This document shows positions 29,050 to 32,000 of a DNA stretch of 32,000 nucleotides, piece by piece. The position numbers were made by a program, and so were the translations under genes. Location of the stretch: assembly GCF_001598795.1 (NCBI RefSeq), contig NZ_BCZP01000001.1, positions 390,001 to 422,000 of the forward strand, written 5' to 3'. The DNA is from Delftia acidovorans NBRC 14950. GTDB lineage: Bacteria; Pseudomonadota; Gammaproteobacteria; Burkholderiales; Burkholderiaceae_C. A model generated the notes under the pieces. That model ran no database searches. It worked only from the letters and a program-made list of their open reading frames with translations, and was not told where the DNA came from. Numbering within the stretch: the stretch's first letter is position 1; every line of letters starts with the position of its first letter.

Positions 29050-30291
29050 TCAGCGGTGGCCATCGGCCCGGCCATGGCGGCGCACCAGCCCCCAGGCGAC
29101 CAGGGCCGTGCACACGCCCCAGAACCAGATGCCGAAGGCCATGGGCCGGGTGGACTGGCCGTCCAGGTGCAGGCCCAGCCAGTGTCCCATGGCAAAGGCG
29201 ATGAGCATCATGGTGAAGCCGTTCAGCGCCGAGGCCGTGCCCGCCGACTGCGGGAAGGGCGCGATGGCATTGCTCTGGCCGCAGGGCATGTGCACGCCAT
29301 GGGCGATCTGGAAGATATAGAAGGGCAGGGCATAGGCCCAGAGGCTGCGCGCATCGGCCAGCGCCGCAATGCCGATGGCCGTGGCCGACAGCAGGCTTGC
29401 CAGCCCGGCGATCTGCACGGCGCGCCGCACATCCATGCGCTGCAGCAGCCAGCGGCACAGAAAGGTGCCCGCGATGTAGCACAGCGCATTGCTGCCCATC
29501 AGCAGGCCGTAGCCCGTGCGGCTCACGCCCAGCACATGGATATAGGTGAAGGAAGATGCGGCCAGGTTGGTGAACAGGGCCGCATAGGTGCAGCAGGTCA
29601 GCAACTGGTAGGACTGGAATCCCGGGTGGCGCAAGATGGTGATCCAGTTGCGCGCCAGGGCCAGCGGCTGCAGCGCCGTGGGATTGGTGCGGGCCAGTGT
29701 CTCCGTGAAGCGCAGGGCCACCAGCAGCAGGGCCAGCGCACCCATCACGGCCTGGGCCAGCATGGTCGAGCGCCAGCCCAGCGAATCCACCAGCAGGCTG
29801 CCGCTGACGGGGCTCAGGAAGGCGATCACGCCCAGCCCGGTCAGCGCCTTGGACATGACCTGGGCGCCCAGGTGCGGTGCGAACAGATCGCGCACCATGG
29901 CGCGTGCACACATCACGCCGGCGCCCAGCGATGCCCCCTGCAGCGCGCGCCAGGCGATCAGCGACTCCATGGTCTCGGCACTGGCGCTGCCCAGCGCGGC
30001 CAGCACGTAGATGGACATGCCCGCCAGCAGGATGGGCCGGCGCCCGAAGCGGTCGGACAGCGGCCCCCAGGCCAGCTGCGAGCAGCCGAAGGCCAGCAGG
30101 AACGCCGTCAGCGTGAGCTGCACCTGGGACACCTGGGTGGAGAAGGCCGCCTGTATCGACGGCAGGGCCGGCAGGTACAGGTCGGTGGCCAGCGGCTGCA
30201 GTCCCAGCAGCAGGCCGAGCAGGACGACGACCAGGACGGGGGACATGGCCGGCTGCGCTTGCGCGGCGGCGGGAGACAGGGGCGCTGACAT
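29050..30291 (-). CDS. MFS transporter, Bcr/CflA drug-resistance subfamily-like
   Basis: 12-TM-type sequence with [10 protein letters not shown] near the N-terminus and MFS motif [14 protein letters not shown]. The start is uncertain (ATG 30291 or ATG 30246; neither has a strong SD). Confidence 0.82.
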   Translation of the reverse strand: MSAPLSPAAAQAQPAMSPVLVVVLLGLLLGLQPLATDLYLPALPSIQAAFSTQVSQVQLTLTAFLLAFGCSQLAWGPLSDRFGRRPILLAGMSIYVLAALGSASAETMESLIAWRALQGASLGAGVMCARAMVRDLFAPHLGAQVMSKALTGLGVIAFLSPVSGSLLVDSLGWRSTMLAQAVMGALALLLVALRFTETLARTNPTALQPLALARNWITILRHPGFQSYQLLTCCTYAALFTNLAASSFTYIHVLGVSRTGYGLLMGSNALCYIAGTFLCRWLLQRMDVRRAVQIAGLASLLSATAIGIAALADARSLWAYALPFYIFQIAHGVHMPCGQSNAIAPFPQSAGTASALNGFTMMLIAFAMGHWLGLHLDGQSTRPMAFGIWFWGVCTALVAWGLVRRHGRADGHR

Positions 30292-30450
30292 AGGCGACCG
30301 AGGGTAGCAGAGAACAAGGGGGGCCGCTGTCCATGTTCCGGCGGTGCATATCCATCTGCGGATTGCGCAGTTGGGAACCGGCCGAGCCCTGCCTACATTG
30401 CATTGCAGAGGAATCAACCCGATCAACGCAACTGTGAACAAAGGACCGCA

Positions 30451-31416
30451 ATGGCAACGCTGACCGCTTTCTCCTCCCTTCCCGCCGCGCTGCGCCAGGG
30501 GGCGTGCACCCTGCTGTGGGGCGTGGCCCTGGTCGGTGGTGCGGCCCATGCCAATGCGCCTGTGCCCGAAGGCCCGCTGGTCAGCACCGAATGGTTGGCG
30601 GCCAACCTCAACCGCGCCGATGTGCGCATCGTCGAGGTCAGCGTCAACCCCGGCCTGTACGAACGCTCCCATGTGCCGGGCGCCGTCAACTTTTCTTGGC
30701 ACAACGACCTCAATGACAAGGTGCGCCGCGACATCGTGGGCAAGGAGCAGTTCGAGAAGCTGCTGTCGCAGGCCGGCGTGAAGGAAGGCAACACGGTCGT
30801 TCTGTACGGCGATACCAACAACTGGTTCGCAGCCTGGGGCGCCTGGGTCTTCGACATCTATGGCGTGCAGAACGTCAAGCTGCTGGACGGTGGCCGCAAG
30901 AAGTGGGAGGCCGAGAACCGCCCCCTCAACAACCGCGCCCCGGAATATGCGGCCACCACCTACCGCGTGGGCAAGGTCAACACCGCGCTGCGCGCGCGCC
31001 TGACCGATGCGCTGGCCTCGGCCGAAGGGCGCAGCGACGCCAAGCTCGTCGACATCCGCTCGGCCGACGAATACCAGGGCAAGGTCTTCGCCCCGGCCGG
31101 CGTGCCGGAGCTGGCCATCCGCGCCGGCCACATCCCCGGCGCCGTCAACGTGCCCTGGGGGCAGGCCGTGCGCGAGGACGGCAGCTTCAAGTCCGCCGAA
31201 GAACTCAAGAAGCTCTATGCGGGCGTGGGCATCGACGGCAGCAAGCCCGTCATCACCTACTGCCGCATCGGCGAGCGCTCCAGCCACACCTGGTTTGCGC
31301 TGTCCAAGATCCTGGGCTACCAGGTGCGCAACTACGACGGCTCGTGGACCGAGTACGGCAACTCCGTGGGTGTGCCCATCAACAACCCGGCCGGCACGGT
31401 CTGGGCCGCGAAATGA
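30451..31416 (+). CDS. Two-domain rhodanese (thiosulfate sulfurtransferase family) with a predicted N-terminal signal peptide
   Basis: Active-site loop [12 protein letters not shown]. Tandem rhodanese architecture. ATG 30451 is preceded by AAAGGA. The N-terminus ...[17 protein letters not shown]|NAP looks like a Sec signal. Confidence 0.85.
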   Translation: MATLTAFSSLPAALRQGACTLLWGVALVGGAAHANAPVPEGPLVSTEWLAANLNRADVRIVEVSVNPGLYERSHVPGAVNFSWHNDLNDKVRRDIVGKEQFEKLLSQAGVKEGNTVVLYGDTNNWFAAWGAWVFDIYGVQNVKLLDGGRKKWEAENRPLNNRAPEYAATTYRVGKVNTALRARLTDALASAEGRSDAKLVDIRSADEYQGKVFAPAGVPELAIRAGHIPGAVNVPWGQAVREDGSFKSAEELKKLYAGVGIDGSKPVITYCRIGERSSHTWFALSKILGYQVRNYDGSWTEYGNSVGVPINNPAGTVWAAK

Positions 31417-31531
31417 TCCTGCAGTCGATCAACCTGTCTTGAAGGCGGGGGCCGGGCGAGGGGTGTCGGTGCTCTTGGTTCGACGGATCAGGGGTGGTGA
31501 CGAGTGGCTTTGGCAAAAGCTCGGCTCCTTT

Positions 31532-31562
31532 GGGGCCCGCAGACTGCGGGCCCCTTTTTTTT
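31532..31562 (+). terminator. Rho-independent terminator: 10-bp GC-rich stem GGGGCCCGCA-gac-TGCGGGCCCC followed by T8
   Basis: Read directly from the sequence, 116 nt after the rhodanese stop. Confidence 0.85.
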
Positions 31563-31591
31563 ATGCGTGGATGGCAACAAAGGAGGCAGGA

Positions 31592-32000
31592 ATGACAAGC
31601 GTGACCGGTGAGCACACGCAGAACGTGAATGGCAGGCACAGGGCAAGGGACTGGACCAGATGGCTGCCCTTGGCCGCCGTGCTGGCCGCAGCCTGGCCTG
31701 TGGCGGCGCAGCTGCAGCTGCAAGGCGGCGGGCGCACCCTGGTCTTTGCGCTGGCGCTGGGCCTGCTGCTGGGGCTGGTGCTTCAGCGCTCGCGCTTTTG
31801 CTTTTACTGCCATGCGCGCGACTGGTTCGAGTTCGGCGACCCGCGCGGCGTGCTCTCCATCCTGCTGGCGCTGGCCGTGGGATCGGCGGGCATGACCGTG
31901 GTGCTGGGCAGCTGGGTGGCCGTGCCCCAGCCGGGCCAGTTGCCGCCCGACATGCACATAGGCCCCGTGAGCTGGGTGCTGGTCCTTGCGGGCCTGGCCT
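31592..32000 (+). CDS. YeeE/YedE-family (sulfur-transport, PF04143-like) inner-membrane protein, N-terminal part; continues beyond the window
   Basis: Translated by hand, because the ORF is not in the track (no stop within the window): MTSVTGEHTQNVNGRHRARDWTRWLPLAAVLAAAW...LGLLLGLVLQRSRFCFYCHARDWFEFGDPRG... AGGAGG lies 5 nt upstream of ATG 31592. The QRSRFCF motif is typical of the family. Confidence 0.6.
   Translation, partial: MTSVTGEHTQNVNGRHRARDWTRWLPLAAVLAAAWPVAAQLQLQGGGRTLVFALALGLLLGLVLQRSRFCFYCHARDWFEFGDPRGVLSILLALAVGSAGMTVVLGSWVAVPQPGQLPPDMHIGPVSWVLVLAGLA

Noticed and set aside
28031-30457. 808-aa ORF suggesting a large fusion protein ending in MiaA
   Set aside because: Only the last 329 residues (from ATG 29020, P-loop [11 protein letters not shown]) look like a protein. 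The upstream part overlaps the MFS gene in another frame and is Pro/Arg/Ala-rich nonsense.
30292-31287. Upstream extension of the MFS transporter frame (745-aa ORF 29050-31287)
   Set aside because: The extension is antisense to the rhodanese gene and has no membrane-protein character. The MFS N-terminus ([10 protein letters not shown] about 35 residues in) fits a start at 30291 or 30246.

Overview
This is a high-GC (roughly 65% by eye) chromosomal segment. Gene content suggests a betaproteobacterium of the Burkholderiales/Comamonadaceae type; no search was run. All family calls come from reading motifs in the supplied translations.

Layout:
- 1-12246 (+): the distal part of a canonical complex I operon, nuoD (5'-truncated) through nuoN, with four ATGA stop/start overlaps.
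- 12302-13155 (+): two small conserved unknowns, a DUF2818-like membrane protein and a DUF1178-like zinc-ribbon protein.
- 13156-13769: a 614-bp non-coding gap containing palindromes.
- 13770-18516 (+): a five-gene Liv/HAAT-type ABC importer (two ATPases, binding protein, two permeases).
- 18589-19148 (-): a parDE-type toxin-antitoxin pair.
- 19219-28014 (-), listed in transcription order: ABC ATPase, a fused 855-aa FtsX-type permease, an IPTL-CTERM exported protein, a collagen-like GXT-repeat protein, a GT2-TPR glycosyltransferase, a PLP-dependent cysteine-synthase-family enzyme, and an AttH/CrtC-like lipocalin protein.
- 28031-30291 (-): miaA and a Bcr/CflA-type MFS transporter.
- 30451-32000 (+): a signal-peptide-bearing two-domain rhodanese, an intrinsic terminator, and the 5' part of a YeeE/YedE-family gene.

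I recognised no rRNA, tRNA, CRISPR array, transposase, integrase or recognisable defence-system enzyme. Most of the window is ordinary housekeeping DNA.

The only region that looks accessory and under-explained is about 21.4-24.7 kb. There, an IPTL-CTERM protein, a collagen-like protein and a GT2-TPR enzyme, with their own AT-rich upstream region, sit between an AttEFG-like ABC exporter and its usual AttH-like partner. I propose it, as a hypothesis only, as a glycosylated collagen-like surface-fibre module. The many very long antisense ORFs in the track are high-GC artefacts.
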